A DNA stretch of 64,000 bases from an archaeon (GTDB lineage Archaea; Iainarchaeota; Iainarchaeia; Iainarchaeales; JAAZKV01). The notes below the pieces were generated by a model. It worked only from the letters and a program-made list of their open reading frames with translations, had not been told where the DNA came from and made no database searches. The DNA is taken from assembly GCA_041664905.1 (NCBI GenBank), contig JBAYJX010000001.1, positions 3,063-67,062 on the forward strand. The letters are read 5' to 3'. Positions 29,813-39,406 of this stretch are shown in pieces. The position numbers were made by a program, and so were the translations under genes. Numbering within the stretch: position 1 is the first letter of the stretch; every line of letters starts with the position of its first letter.

Positions 29813-30298
29813 CTAAGCAACCTGAGAAATCCTCTTCTTCTCCTTAGTATCCCCACTCTTGTTACTTACAAGCAACCCATCTAGTTCAAATGCAAGTGCT
29901 TTAAGTTCAAGGTTTGTTAACTCACTACCAGCTTTAACAATAAAAACTTTTTTATTCAAAGGGAACATCATAAACCAATGACCATTTCTTTTAATTAAAA
30001 CAGATTCTGAATCAGGTAATTCACTTTTAATATAAGAAAGCATTGCAGTCCCAACAATTCCTTCAGTGTGACCATTACCTTCACTAGAAACAACAATACT
30101 ACCATCAAGATTTGTAACCAAAAAAGAATCTACTAAATGTTTTCTTTTAAGAATCATTAAATTCTCTTCAAAATCATGAGAATAAACATATTTATGCTTT
30201 GAAAGAAAATCTCTTAAGAATTCTAATTGCGAATTAGGTTGCGAAGTACCATCAGACTCAAGCACGCGAGCAGCAAACTTCCTCAAAACTTTTATCAT
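29813..30298 (-). CDS. roadblock/LC7-like small protein
   Basis: 161 aa. The alternating beta/alpha pattern (FLVTNLDGSIVVSSEG ... VLIKRNGHWFMMFPL..VFIVKA) resembles the roadblock fold. The assignment is tentative. Confidence 0.35.
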   Translation of the reverse strand: MIKVLRKFAARVLESDGTSQPNSQLEFLRDFLSKHKYVYSHDFEENLMILKRKHLVDSFLVTNLDGSIVVSSEGNGHTEGIVGTAMLSYIKSELPDSESVLIKRNGHWFMMFPLNKKVFIVKAGSELTNLELKALAFELDGLLVSNKSGDTKEKKRISQVA

Positions 30299-30334
30299 AC
30301 TATTCCACCAGGAAAAAATAAATTAAATCTTGTT

Positions 30335-30784
30335 TTACTTTAACTCGCCAAGCCCATAATTTTGAAGCGAATCAACTTTACTCTCAGAACGCTCAAATTT
30401 GGGCGAAAAGACCAAAGGAATGAGCCTTGGAAGCTCTTTTAAAGCTATTTTATTAACCAAAAGTTTTTCATCAAACGCAGTTATCAAGTCAACTTGGCTG
30501 CGAACAAGAGAAACACACTGATAAAACCCATTTCCCTTGGTTTGATTCATAAAAAAAGGCAGTGCTTCATTTCCTTTAAGAGTTTTCTCAACCGCCAAAC
30601 ACTCAACAATACAACCAATCATTTCGCCATCCCTAAAAAACAAAGCACCTTCTTCAATAAAATCTCCTCTCACTGATTGAATAATATAACCATTAAAACT
30701 CTTTGAAACTAATTGCCCAGCAACATCAGTAATGTTGTAAGTAACATTTCCTTTTGAAATTACTGGCCCCACAGGAAAATTCAT
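30335..30784 (-). CDS. hypothetical protein, roadblock/DUF4388-like
   Basis: 149 aa. GYIIQSVRGDFIEEGALFFRDGEMIGCIVE...GNEAL resembles the DUF4388/roadblock pattern. The assignment is tentative. Confidence 0.3.
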   Translation of the reverse strand: MNFPVGPVISKGNVTYNITDVAGQLVSKSFNGYIIQSVRGDFIEEGALFFRDGEMIGCIVECLAVEKTLKGNEALPFFMNQTKGNGFYQCVSLVRSQVDLITAFDEKLLVNKIALKELPRLIPLVFSPKFERSESKVDSLQNYGLGELK

Positions 30785-30799
30785 TCACATCACACCAAA

Positions 30800-31297
30800 T
30801 TAATTACTTACTTCCTTTACTTCAGAAACTTTTTTTCCTTTCAAAAAAACAACTTTATCAGCAGTATTCTTTAAAGCCGCAGCACTCATTTCCTCAGCTA
30901 ATAAAACAATTGTTTCTTTACCATGTTCCTTTGCTTTAATTAATGCAGGCAAAAAATCCGAGTCCCTTGTAGCAAAAATAACTACATCAATAGAACGATT
31001 AAAAGCAACTTCAGTAGCATCACAAGCCATAACCACATCAACATCGGTGGTAGAAATAATTGGAACTAATCCTTGATTAGTAGTTGCCTCAACAAGCTTA
31101 TCAGAAGCAAACTGATTAAGATACACTCGCCCAATCTTAATTGAACCAAATTTTTGAGCTTCTCTTTTAATCAAATCAAGATCAATCCCAAACTCTTTTC
31201 TTAAAAGATTAGGACCATCAACAAACAAAGCCAAGTGCTTAATTTGTCTGTGGAAAAAAAACTTTTTAAAACGATTAAACACTAAAAACACCAACAA
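30800..31297 (-). CDS. NYN-domain (LabA-like) putative ribonuclease
   Basis: LALFVDGPNL ... DVDVVMACDA ... IFATRDSDFLP are NYN acidic motifs. Confidence 0.7.
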   Translation of the reverse strand: MLVFLVFNRFKKFFFHRQIKHLALFVDGPNLLRKEFGIDLDLIKREAQKFGSIKIGRVYLNQFASDKLVEATTNQGLVPIISTTDVDVVMACDATEVAFNRSIDVVIFATRDSDFLPALIKAKEHGKETIVLLAEEMSAAALKNTADKVVFLKGKKVSEVKEVSN

Positions 31298-31442
31298 TAC
31301 TTAAGGAAAAACCAAATAAAAGACTTTCCTCGAACCAAAAAAGTTAAGCTTATATTAAAGGGCAAAATCATATAAACTTTTTGCCCTTTAATAGCTATCA
31401 AAAGACAAGGTCTTTTGATATTAAAATAACAAGTTTTGGGAA

Positions 31443-31895
31443 ATGCTTATGGCTGAAGAAAAGAAAAGAGTAGGAAGCGGATTTGGGGTAATGGTACTAA
31501 AAGAAGGAAAAGTACTCCTTGGAAAAAGACACGAAGACGCTACAAAAGCTGATTCAGAACTCCACGGAGAAGGAACATGGACTATGCCAGGCGGAAAATT
31601 TGAGTGGGGAGAAAGCTTTTCAGTTGGAGCCGCACGCGAACTAAAAGAAGAAACAGGAATGATTCTTACAAAATCAAAAGTACTATGCGTGAACAATGAT
31701 AAAAACGAACACGCACACTTTGTAACAGTAGGATTCTTTGCAGAAGAATTCACTGGCGAGGCGCGAGTTATGGAACCAGATGAAATAACAGAATGGAAAT
31801 GGTTTTCACTTAATGAATTACCTTCAAAAGTATTTCCCCCAAGCACAAAAGTAATCAAATGCTACTTAGAAAAAAAGTTCACACTAGAAGAATGA
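31443..31895 (+). CDS. NUDIX hydrolase
   Basis: It has the Nudix box GGKFEWGESFSVGAARELKEETGM. Confidence 0.8.
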   Translation: MLMAEEKKRVGSGFGVMVLKEGKVLLGKRHEDATKADSELHGEGTWTMPGGKFEWGESFSVGAARELKEETGMILTKSKVLCVNNDKNEHAHFVTVGFFAEEFTGEARVMEPDEITEWKWFSLNELPSKVFPPSTKVIKCYLEKKFTLEE

Positions 31896-32002
31896 CACCA
31901 CAACTCGTTTTTTTAGGGAAAACGTGTGTTTTTTAAACCCAATTAATTTAATCTCTTTAAAGAAGCTTCTAAAAAAAGCTAAAAAGAAACGGGTGCATAG
32001 AA

Positions 32003-32404
32003 ATGGTTGACGAAAAGAAATTTGAACAGGCAGGGTCACTAAAACCAGGCCACTTAGTACTAATTGATGGAGAAGTTTGTCAAGTAAAATCAACTGAAAA
32101 ATCAAAGCCAGGAAAACACGGAGCAGCAAAAGTACGTGTAACTGCTTTTAATATTTTTACAGGCCAAAAAAGAGGACTATTGAAAGGAACAGATAACGAA
32201 GTAGAAATACCAATTGTTCCAAAAGCAGATGGTCAAGTAGTTGCAACAATCGGAGAAGTAATCCAAATAATGGACACAACTACATACGAAACATTTGATG
32301 CACCAAAACCAGATGCTGAATCAGGAATACCAACTTTAAAATCTGGAGACGCAATTGAATACCAAAAATATGGTAACGCAGTAAAAATCGCAAGAAAAAG
32401 GTAA
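32003..32404 (+). CDS. aif5A: translation initiation factor 5A
   Basis: The hypusination loop is SKPGKHGAAKV. Confidence 0.85.
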   Translation: MVDEKKFEQAGSLKPGHLVLIDGEVCQVKSTEKSKPGKHGAAKVRVTAFNIFTGQKRGLLKGTDNEVEIPIVPKADGQVVATIGEVIQIMDTTTYETFDAPKPDAESGIPTLKSGDAIEYQKYGNAVKIARKR

Positions 32405-32474
32405 AATTTAAACTTTGGAAAGATAAGCCGCAAAGCTTATCTTTTTCAAACAACTGTTTCTACAAGGGATACTT

Positions 32475-32882
32475 TTGGATATACGAGACGCACAAAAAAG
32501 TGACTTGGGTAAAGTATCAGAACTAATTAAAGACGGAGCAAAAGAAGGATTACTCTTAAAACGAACAAAAAAAGAACTTATGAGTTTGATAAAAGCAGAA
32601 AATGTAGTTGTTGCAGAAGAAAATAATGAACTTGTCGGAATAATAATACTTGATTTTTATTCAAAACGACTCTCTGAAATGCGTTCACTTTATGTCAAAC
32701 CAGAACAACGAAGAAACGGAATAGGGTCACAATTAATCAAAGCGGTATTTGCAAAAGCAAAACAAAAAAAAGTAAAAGAACTTTTGACAATAACCGTGAA
32801 AGAAAACACGCCTTGGTTTAAAAAACAAGGATTTAATGAAGAAACCCACCACCTTAAAGTTGCACTCTTTAAGAAGCTCTAA
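32475..32882 (+). CDS. GNAT acetyltransferase
   Basis: It has the LYVKPEQRRNGIGSQLIKAV acetyl-CoA motif. Confidence 0.65.
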   Translation: MDIRDAQKSDLGKVSELIKDGAKEGLLLKRTKKELMSLIKAENVVVAEENNELVGIIILDFYSKRLSEMRSLYVKPEQRRNGIGSQLIKAVFAKAKQKKVKELLTITVKENTPWFKKQGFNEETHHLKVALFKKL

Positions 32883-32938
32883 AAAAGAAAAAAGCACTAA
32901 ACAAAACAATAATTAAGCTTACTTCTAAGTATTACTTT

Positions 32939-33619
32939 ATGCAATCAACAAAAAACAAAACTAAAGCGTTACTCTTAATCTCAGGAGGAATTGATAGTCC
33001 TGTAGCTGGAAAACTTGCTCAAGAAAAAGGACTTGATTTAGTTGCCATACACTTTTCTCAAGAACCATTTACTGATAACTCTGCTGAAATTAAATCACTT
33101 TTACTTTGTAAACAACTTGGACTCGCGGAAATGATTGTGGTTAAAGCAGGGACAGCACTAAAAGAAATCTCTGATAAAACATACCACGAACTCTATTTTA
33201 TTTTAATGAAACGATTCATGATGCGAGTTTCAGAAAAAATAGCTAAACAAAATAATTGTGAATTCTTAATTACAGGGGAAAGTATCGGACAAGTATCTTC
33301 ACAAACCCTAAGCAACCTCAATACAATAAACCAAGCAACAAAAATAGAAATACTTAGACCAGTTTTGTTTATGAACAAACAAGAAATAATTGACAAAAGC
33401 ATTGAATATGGTTTTTTTGATACTTCCAAGGGGCCCGAAATGTGCGATGCACTTGCAAACGGCTCACCAAAAACAAAAAGCACTGTTAAAGATGTTGAAA
33501 CACAAGAAGAAAGATGCGAAATGAATAAACTTGTAGCAGATGCTGCGTTAAATATTAGGGTTGAGAGTACACAAAAAGAAATAAAACTCCCCGAGCAAAT
33601 CAAAGGAGTTTGCAAATAA
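32939..33619 (+). CDS. ThiI-type PP-loop ATP pyrophosphatase domain protein lacking THUMP
   Basis: 226 aa. LISGGIDSPVAGKL exactly matches the ThiI PP-loop (SGGIDSPVA). There is no N-terminal THUMP/ferredoxin-like domain. Confidence 0.65.
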   Translation: MQSTKNKTKALLLISGGIDSPVAGKLAQEKGLDLVAIHFSQEPFTDNSAEIKSLLLCKQLGLAEMIVVKAGTALKEISDKTYHELYFILMKRFMMRVSEKIAKQNNCEFLITGESIGQVSSQTLSNLNTINQATKIEILRPVLFMNKQEIIDKSIEYGFFDTSKGPEMCDALANGSPKTKSTVKDVETQEERCEMNKLVADAALNIRVESTQKEIKLPEQIKGVCK

Positions 33620-33644
33620 AAAATTAAAAAGCCAAATAGGGTAA

Positions 33645-33938
33645 GTGAATTTTATGGAACTAGCTGAATACACTGGAAAACCTTGTCGAAGCAAAATGGC
33701 TTACGAATTCTTGCCAAACAAAAAAGTTAACATTAATTTAGAAAAAGCTGCTACCGAACTCGCAAAAGTTTCAACAATAGAAGTAACAACAAAGATTTTG
33801 TTAATGGCAAAAATTGACTGTGTAACAATTTCTCTTTTCTCATCAGGAAAAATACTTGTACGAGGAGAGAGAGAAGAAGAAAAAGCAAAGAAGGTAGCCG
33901 AAACTATTTTGAAAGCACTAAAAGAAAGTGTTAAATAA
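33645..33938 (+). CDS. hypothetical small protein
   Basis: 97 aa with no recognised motif. Confidence 0.3.
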   Translation: MNFMELAEYTGKPCRSKMAYEFLPNKKVNINLEKAATELAKVSTIEVTTKILLMAKIDCVTISLFSSGKILVRGEREEEKAKKVAETILKALKESVK

Positions 33939-33961
33939 CTAAACGGGTTTAGTGAATACTT

Positions 33962-34396
33962 ATGACTTACGCGGAGGATTGTATTTTTTGTAAATTTGCT
34001 AAACATAAAATTGATACAGCAATTATTTTTGAAAATAAAGATGTTGTGGCATTCCTTGACAATAGTCCTGCGGGAAACCTTGTGGGACACACATTAGTTT
34101 TACCAAAAAAACATTATGAAACAATTGACAAAATCCCTGACAAAGAACTTGGAGAAGTAATTAAAGTAATAAAAATTTTACTTCCCGCAATAACAAAAAT
34201 TTCAGGAGCTGACGGAATTAATGTAATACAAAACAATGGAAAAGCCGCAGGACAAGCAATACCACACGCACACTTTCACATAATTCCAAGAAAACATGGA
34301 GACGGAATTTATTTTGATGAAAAAAGAAGAAAAAGCGTCCCAATGGAACTAGTGGAAACTGCAAAAGCGATTAAAGAAGAACTTACTAAACAATAA
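33962..34396 (+). CDS. HIT family hydrolase
   Basis: It has the histidine triad PHAHFHIIPR. Confidence 0.8.
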   Translation: MTYAEDCIFCKFAKHKIDTAIIFENKDVVAFLDNSPAGNLVGHTLVLPKKHYETIDKIPDKELGEVIKVIKILLPAITKISGADGINVIQNNGKAAGQAIPHAHFHIIPRKHGDGIYFDEKRRKSVPMELVETAKAIKEELTKQ

Positions 34397-34611
34397 CTAA
34401 TTATTTAGAACCGCTCAAATTAGCCCAGAAACATAAAACACCAACCCTAGTTTGGATTTTGTTTCAAACAAAGGTGAAGAGAGTTCACTTTTCAAACCCC
34501 TAACGTATTAATCCAACCTGTGCATAGTATATACAAAAGAAAAAAACGAATGCCAAGAAAATCTTGACTTCACCCAACACTTTTTTCTTTTAAATTACGC
34601 CGGCAAGAAGC

Positions 34612-36786
34612 TTGAACAAAGTTTTTAAGTCGGTTAAACTTTACTTACTTAAAAAAACTGGTGTTGGAATGGATTTAAACCTAGAAGAAATCGAGAAAAC
34701 CGAAGGCTCTCCTTTTGTTGAAAGATTTGAAGAATTCTTTAACCAAGAATACAAAAAACCAATTGAAAGAATAATTGAATCTTATCCAGAAAAAAGATCA
34801 ATAATGGTGGATTTTAAGGCACTTGAAAAATTTGATCCAATCCTTGCTGATGAATTACTTGATGGACCAGATACAGTTCTTGAGGCAGCACAAAGCGCTA
34901 TTCAAAACATCCACATACCAACACTTACTGCCGAACCATTCAAACCCTATGTTAGATTTTATAATTTACCAAAAGACAGAGAAATTGGAGTAAGAGATTT
35001 AAGTGCAAAATATTTAGGAAAAATGATTAGTGTAGAAGGACTAATTAGATTAATCACTGATTCTTTGCCACGACTAACAATGGCTGTTTGGAAATGCAAA
35101 AGATGCGGAAACGTTTACAAAATTCCACAAGAAAAACAACAATTGCACTCTCCCGCAATGTGCGAATGCCACAGCAAAGACTTCTCTCTTGAAGAAGACA
35201 AAAGCTCGTTTATGGATTACCAAAAAATCCAAGTACAAGAAACACTTGAAAAATTAAAAGGAAACGAACAAGCAACTTACCTTGATGTTTACGTAAGCGA
35301 TGATTTAGTAAACCGAGTATCGGCAGGAGACAAAACAAGATTTGTTGGAGTACTACGACTTGTCCCACCACAAAAAGATAGGAAAACTGTTTACGGCCGA
35401 TACCTTGATGTTAATTCTTTAGAAGAAACAGCAAAAGAATTCTCCGATGTTGATATAAGTAAAGAAGAAGAATATGAAATAAAAAAACTTGCAAAAAATC
35501 CAGAAATTTATAATATTTTAGCACAAAGTATTGCTCCTGCAATTTATGGACATGATATTGTAAAACAAAGTATCTCACTCCAACTATTTGGAGGAGTAAC
35601 AAAACACTTACCTAACGACCAAAAAATCAGAGGAAATATTCACGTTTTGTTAATCGGTGATCCTGGGTGTGGAAAATCACAGCTCTTGCAAGCAACAAAC
35701 AAAATTGCTCCAAAGAGTATTTATGTTTCAGGAAAAACTACTACGGGAGCAGGACTAACTGCAACTGCTGTTAAAGATGAATTTGGGGAAGGTGGATGGA
35801 CCCTAAAAGCTGGTGCTTTGGTTTTAAGTTCTGGTGGAATTTGTATGGCAGATGAACTTGATAAAATGGAACCCGAAGATAGAAGTGCACTCCACGAAGC
35901 AATGGAACAAGGAATGATTTCAGTTGCAAAAGCAGGAATAGTTTCCAGATTCAAAGCAGATACCTCACTACTTGCAGCAGCAAATCCAAAGTACTCAAGA
36001 TTTGATAAATTTACTCCGTTCTTGGAACAAATTGATTTGCCCCCATCACTAATATCAAGATTTGATTTATTTTTCATGATAAGAGATATACTTGATAGAA
36101 CACAAGATATTAATATTTCAAGACACATACTTCAAACCCATCAAAGTGGAGAAAAATTAATGCAAGCCGGACGAAAAGGAGTTGCATTAAAAAAAGAAGA
36201 AAAAGAAGATATTGACAAAAAAACAAAACCATTAATTGATAAAGAACTATTTAGCAAATACGTTTCTTATGCTAGACAAAACTGTTACCCAATACTAACT
36301 GACGAATCAATGCAAACCATATCTGACTTTTATGTGGGTTTACGTGACCAAGGAAGACAACAAGGAGCATACGCCGCAACAGCAAGACAACTCGAAGGAT
36401 TAGTAAGATTAGCAGAAGCAAGCGCAAGAGTAAGACTAAGTGATGTAGTTGAAAGAGAAGATGCAGACAGAGCAATTAACTTAGTGAAGAAGTCTCTGGA
36501 AGAAACAGTAACGGACCCAGATACAGGAAGAATAGATATTGATATTGTTACAAGCGGAGTAACACAAGCAAAACAAAATGCGTTATCTACTATGCTTAGA
36601 TTAATCAAAGAACAAATGGCAACAGGAATAGATATGGTTCCAATAGAAGAAATAGTTGCTAAAGGAATAGAAAAAGGACTAGATGAACAAAAAATAAATT
36701 CTGCCCTAGATGAACTAGAGAAAAAAGGAGAAATCTATAAACCCCGACACCACTTTGTAAAACCAACTACTCACAAAGACCTCTAG
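34612..36786 (+). CDS. mcm: MCM replicative helicase
   Basis: It has the Walker A LLIGDPGCGKSQLL, a zinc finger C-x2-C...C-x-C in the N-terminal domain, and arginine finger and sensor-2 regions. The likely true start is the ATG at 34669. Confidence 0.9.
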   Translation: MNKVFKSVKLYLLKKTGVGMDLNLEEIEKTEGSPFVERFEEFFNQEYKKPIERIIESYPEKRSIMVDFKALEKFDPILADELLDGPDTVLEAAQSAIQNIHIPTLTAEPFKPYVRFYNLPKDREIGVRDLSAKYLGKMISVEGLIRLITDSLPRLTMAVWKCKRCGNVYKIPQEKQQLHSPAMCECHSKDFSLEEDKSSFMDYQKIQVQETLEKLKGNEQATYLDVYVSDDLVNRVSAGDKTRFVGVLRLVPPQKDRKTVYGRYLDVNSLEETAKEFSDVDISKEEEYEIKKLAKNPEIYNILAQSIAPAIYGHDIVKQSISLQLFGGVTKHLPNDQKIRGNIHVLLIGDPGCGKSQLLQATNKIAPKSIYVSGKTTTGAGLTATAVKDEFGEGGWTLKAGALVLSSGGICMADELDKMEPEDRSALHEAMEQGMISVAKAGIVSRFKADTSLLAAANPKYSRFDKFTPFLEQIDLPPSLISRFDLFFMIRDILDRTQDINISRHILQTHQSGEKLMQAGRKGVALKKEEKEDIDKKTKPLIDKELFSKYVSYARQNCYPILTDESMQTISDFYVGLRDQGRQQGAYAATARQLEGLVRLAEASARVRLSDVVEREDADRAINLVKKSLEETVTDPDTGRIDIDIVTSGVTQAKQNALSTMLRLIKEQMATGIDMVPIEEIVAKGIEKGLDEQKINSALDELEKKGEIYKPRHHFVKPTTHKDL

Positions 36787-36872
36787 ACCACTTAAACTAA
36801 ATAAGAACTTTCCCCACTTCCCCTAACCAATCTCTTTAAAACAAAAAAAGCACTAATTAACTTAGTGATTTA

Positions 36873-37727
36873 ATGCCAAAAAGAGTTTTAAAAAAAGCAA
36901 AAGAAAAAGCTGAGTGGCTAAGTACAGAAGTACTTGTAAAACTAGCCCTAATGTTCTTTGCGGTGCAAACACTCGGGCTTTACGTTGCACAACAATTATT
37001 TTTAATGGGACTAGCACAACCACAATACGGACTAGAAATAAACAATGTTGGAAATGCATTCTACTTATTTGGAAGCATATTAGTAATGACAGCAGTAATT
37101 CTGATTTTATTAAAATTTAGAAGAACAAAAAAAGCGCTTTGGTTCTTAGAAGCAATGGCAATATTTTCTACATGTATAATAGTATTGAGTGTTTTTTTCC
37201 CAACAAATGATTACATTGTACTTGGAGTAACCGCACTAATACTTTTGTGGAGATACACTCACTTGCAAAGCATACTATTTCGTGATTTTGTAAGTTTAAT
37301 TGCAGTAAGCGGAGCAGGAGCTTATATAGGAATATCTTTCGGGCTTGTACCAATATTAGCATTCATAATAATTTTAGCAATCTATGATATTATTGCTGTA
37401 TTTTACACAAAACATATGGTTACAATTGGCAAAGAAGCCACAAGCAACAATTACGCATTCACCGTAGCAATACCAACAAAAGAACACAAATTTGAACTCG
37501 GAAACGGAGATTTAGTAATCCCACTCGCAGTAGCATCAAGCGTATTAGTAAATGGAAGTTTTGTAAACAATGGATTAATCGCAGGACTTTGTTTAGGAGT
37601 AAGTTTTATTGGACTAGCAACAAGCATTTACATGGTTTCAAAGAAAAAAATCCCGATGCCAGCCCTCCCTCCACAAACACTACTAATGATAATAGTAATT
37701 GTAGGAGCACTACTTTTAGGGTTGTGA
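36873..37727 (+). CDS. presenilin/signal-peptide-peptidase family intramembrane aspartyl protease
   Basis: 284 aa with about 8-9 TM helices. All three family signatures are present in order: YD (LAIYDIIAV), GxGD (ELGNGDLVIPL) and PAL (IPMPALPP). Confidence 0.75.
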   Translation: MPKRVLKKAKEKAEWLSTEVLVKLALMFFAVQTLGLYVAQQLFLMGLAQPQYGLEINNVGNAFYLFGSILVMTAVILILLKFRRTKKALWFLEAMAIFSTCIIVLSVFFPTNDYIVLGVTALILLWRYTHLQSILFRDFVSLIAVSGAGAYIGISFGLVPILAFIIILAIYDIIAVFYTKHMVTIGKEATSNNYAFTVAIPTKEHKFELGNGDLVIPLAVASSVLVNGSFVNNGLIAGLCLGVSFIGLATSIYMVSKKKIPMPALPPQTLLMIIVIVGALLLGL

Positions 37728-38046
37728 GAACATAATAAAAGAAACAAGATTTCGAGATGCAAAGTTTGTTCGAAAAAATGTAACTGACGCATTCGGCAGA
37801 GTAAATCAAGGAAGAAGAGCTGCTTTAGCAAAAGCACTTAAAGAAGAAAGAAAAAAGAATTTTAAAGAGCCTACATTAGGATACAGAAAAAACCGAACTA
37901 TTAGCAGTATAAGAGACAAATTAGGAGTAAATTTAAAATTAATTTTAAAAAAAAGACTTGTTAGAGGACGAAGAACAAGAATACTTGATTCGGGAGCAGG
38001 ACACATTAATTTAGTCAAAAGTCTCAGACGTACATTTGGCCGTAGA

Positions 38047-38550
38047 GTGCACATTACAGCACTAAATGTAATACACCCCATAACAAAAGCGACTGATTTA
38101 GAACAACAAAGAAAATTTATTGAAGCAGAAAAAAGCAGAATGCGTCAAGGAGAAATTAACCCGTTTGACCCAAACTTTGATAAGGTAATAAATTCTCAAA
38201 GAATTAGAAAAATAAGAAAAGCAACTACAACAAGAGCAAAATATGCCGATAGAATTAGAATATCAAGCGCCGAAAGATTCAAAACAAAAAAACGGTTTGA
38301 TGTAATACTTGATGTTTTTGGTCCACTATTTCACTCAGCTTTTCCCGAAGAAGTAATGCAAAGTTATATCGAAGCCCTGGAAGAAAATGGCGAGATAATA
38401 ACCCCTATGAAAATTATGTTTGGCCCAGATAAAATAGATAAAACTTATACGGATTCAAAAACAGGACAAATATACAAAATAGAAATAACTCCTTTGATTG
38501 GGGGAGAAGCTGTTTTTTGGTCAATAAAAAAAGTCCCTGTTAAAGAGTAG
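38047..38550 (+). CDS. putative SAM-methyltransferase-like protein, annotated from first GTG; coding frame continues ~106 codons upstream without canonical start
   Basis: ORF track entry. Manual upstream translation in the same frame gives a stop-free stretch from about 37729 that contains an MTase motif-I-like ILDSGAGHINLVKSL. The start is unresolved. Confidence 0.4.
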   Translation: MHITALNVIHPITKATDLEQQRKFIEAEKSRMRQGEINPFDPNFDKVINSQRIRKIRKATTTRAKYADRIRISSAERFKTKKRFDVILDVFGPLFHSAFPEEVMQSYIEALEENGEIITPMKIMFGPDKIDKTYTDSKTGQIYKIEITPLIGGEAVFWSIKKVPVKE

Positions 38551-38615
38551 CTCTTGCACTAGCGAATTGCCACGCTTTAAATAGGTTTTGTTAAAGAAAA
38601 TACTTGTGAGACAAA

Positions 38616-39023
38616 ATGACTGGTTACGAAGATTTATTGTCAAAAGCGTACAATAGTATCCCACAAAAAGCGTTACAGCATGAAAGATTTGAGATCCCAA
38701 GAGCAGAGTCATTTATTCAAGGAACAAAAACCTACTTGAAAGGATTTAGCATTTTACTAAAAGACATGAGAAGGGATAAGAAGCACTTCTTAAAATGGCT
38801 TTCAAAAGAAACTGCTTTACCAATAACTGAATCCAATAACCAATTAATAATTAATGGTAAGATCGGAGCAATACAATTAAACAAATTAATTGAAAGCTAC
38901 TTTAACCAATACGTTTTATGCCCAGAATGCAAAAAGCCTGATACAAACATTGTTTCCCAAAACGGAACACATGTACTAAAATGCGAAGCGTGCGGAGCAA
39001 TAAAACCAGTAAGCGGATTCTAA
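38616..39023 (+). CDS. aif2B: translation initiation factor 2 subunit beta
   Basis: 135 aa with the eIF2beta/eIF5 core and a C-terminal zinc ribbon CPECKKPDT...LKCEACGA. Confidence 0.8.
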   Translation: MTGYEDLLSKAYNSIPQKALQHERFEIPRAESFIQGTKTYLKGFSILLKDMRRDKKHFLKWLSKETALPITESNNQLIINGKIGAIQLNKLIESYFNQYVLCPECKKPDTNIVSQNGTHVLKCEACGAIKPVSGF

Positions 39024-39084
39024 AGAACAAAAAAACTAATCTAAAAATTATTTTTAATTAAATTTTTTAGGAAAGCTGAGTTTT

Positions 39085-39369
39085 ATGATAGCAAAAAAAC
39101 ACGAAATTGAATACAAAACAATTTTAGCTGTGTGCGATGCTATACACTTAGGTAAAACTTATGAAGATGGAGAAATCCAAATTAAAATCTCCCAACAATT
39201 CTATGGAGGAGAAAAAATAACTCCTGAAGAATTCAAACAAATGGTAAAAGAAGCTGATTCAATAAACCTCTTTGGAGACAAATGCGTTGACATTGCACTA
39301 AAAGAAGGATATGTAAGCGAAAAAAGTGTTAGAAAAATCTGCGGAATAAAACACGCCCTAATCTGCTAA
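39085..39369 (+). CDS. hypothetical small protein
   Basis: 94 aa with no motif. Confidence 0.3.
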   Translation: MIAKKHEIEYKTILAVCDAIHLGKTYEDGEIQIKISQQFYGGEKITPEEFKQMVKEADSINLFGDKCVDIALKEGYVSEKSVRKICGIKHALIC

Positions 39370-39406
39370 CTTCTCCAACTAAACACAAGTTTTAATATTT
39401 GAAACG

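Noticed and set aside
37725-37728. TGA at the presenilin/downstream junction as selenocysteine or reassigned codon
   Set aside because: TGA clearly functions as a stop elsewhere in the window, in the trpE/trpG/trpD overlaps (ATGA) and the PHP gene. No SECIS-like stem-loop is evident downstream, and a Sec residue between a protease and an MTase-like domain has no precedent. A homopolymer indel is the simpler explanation.
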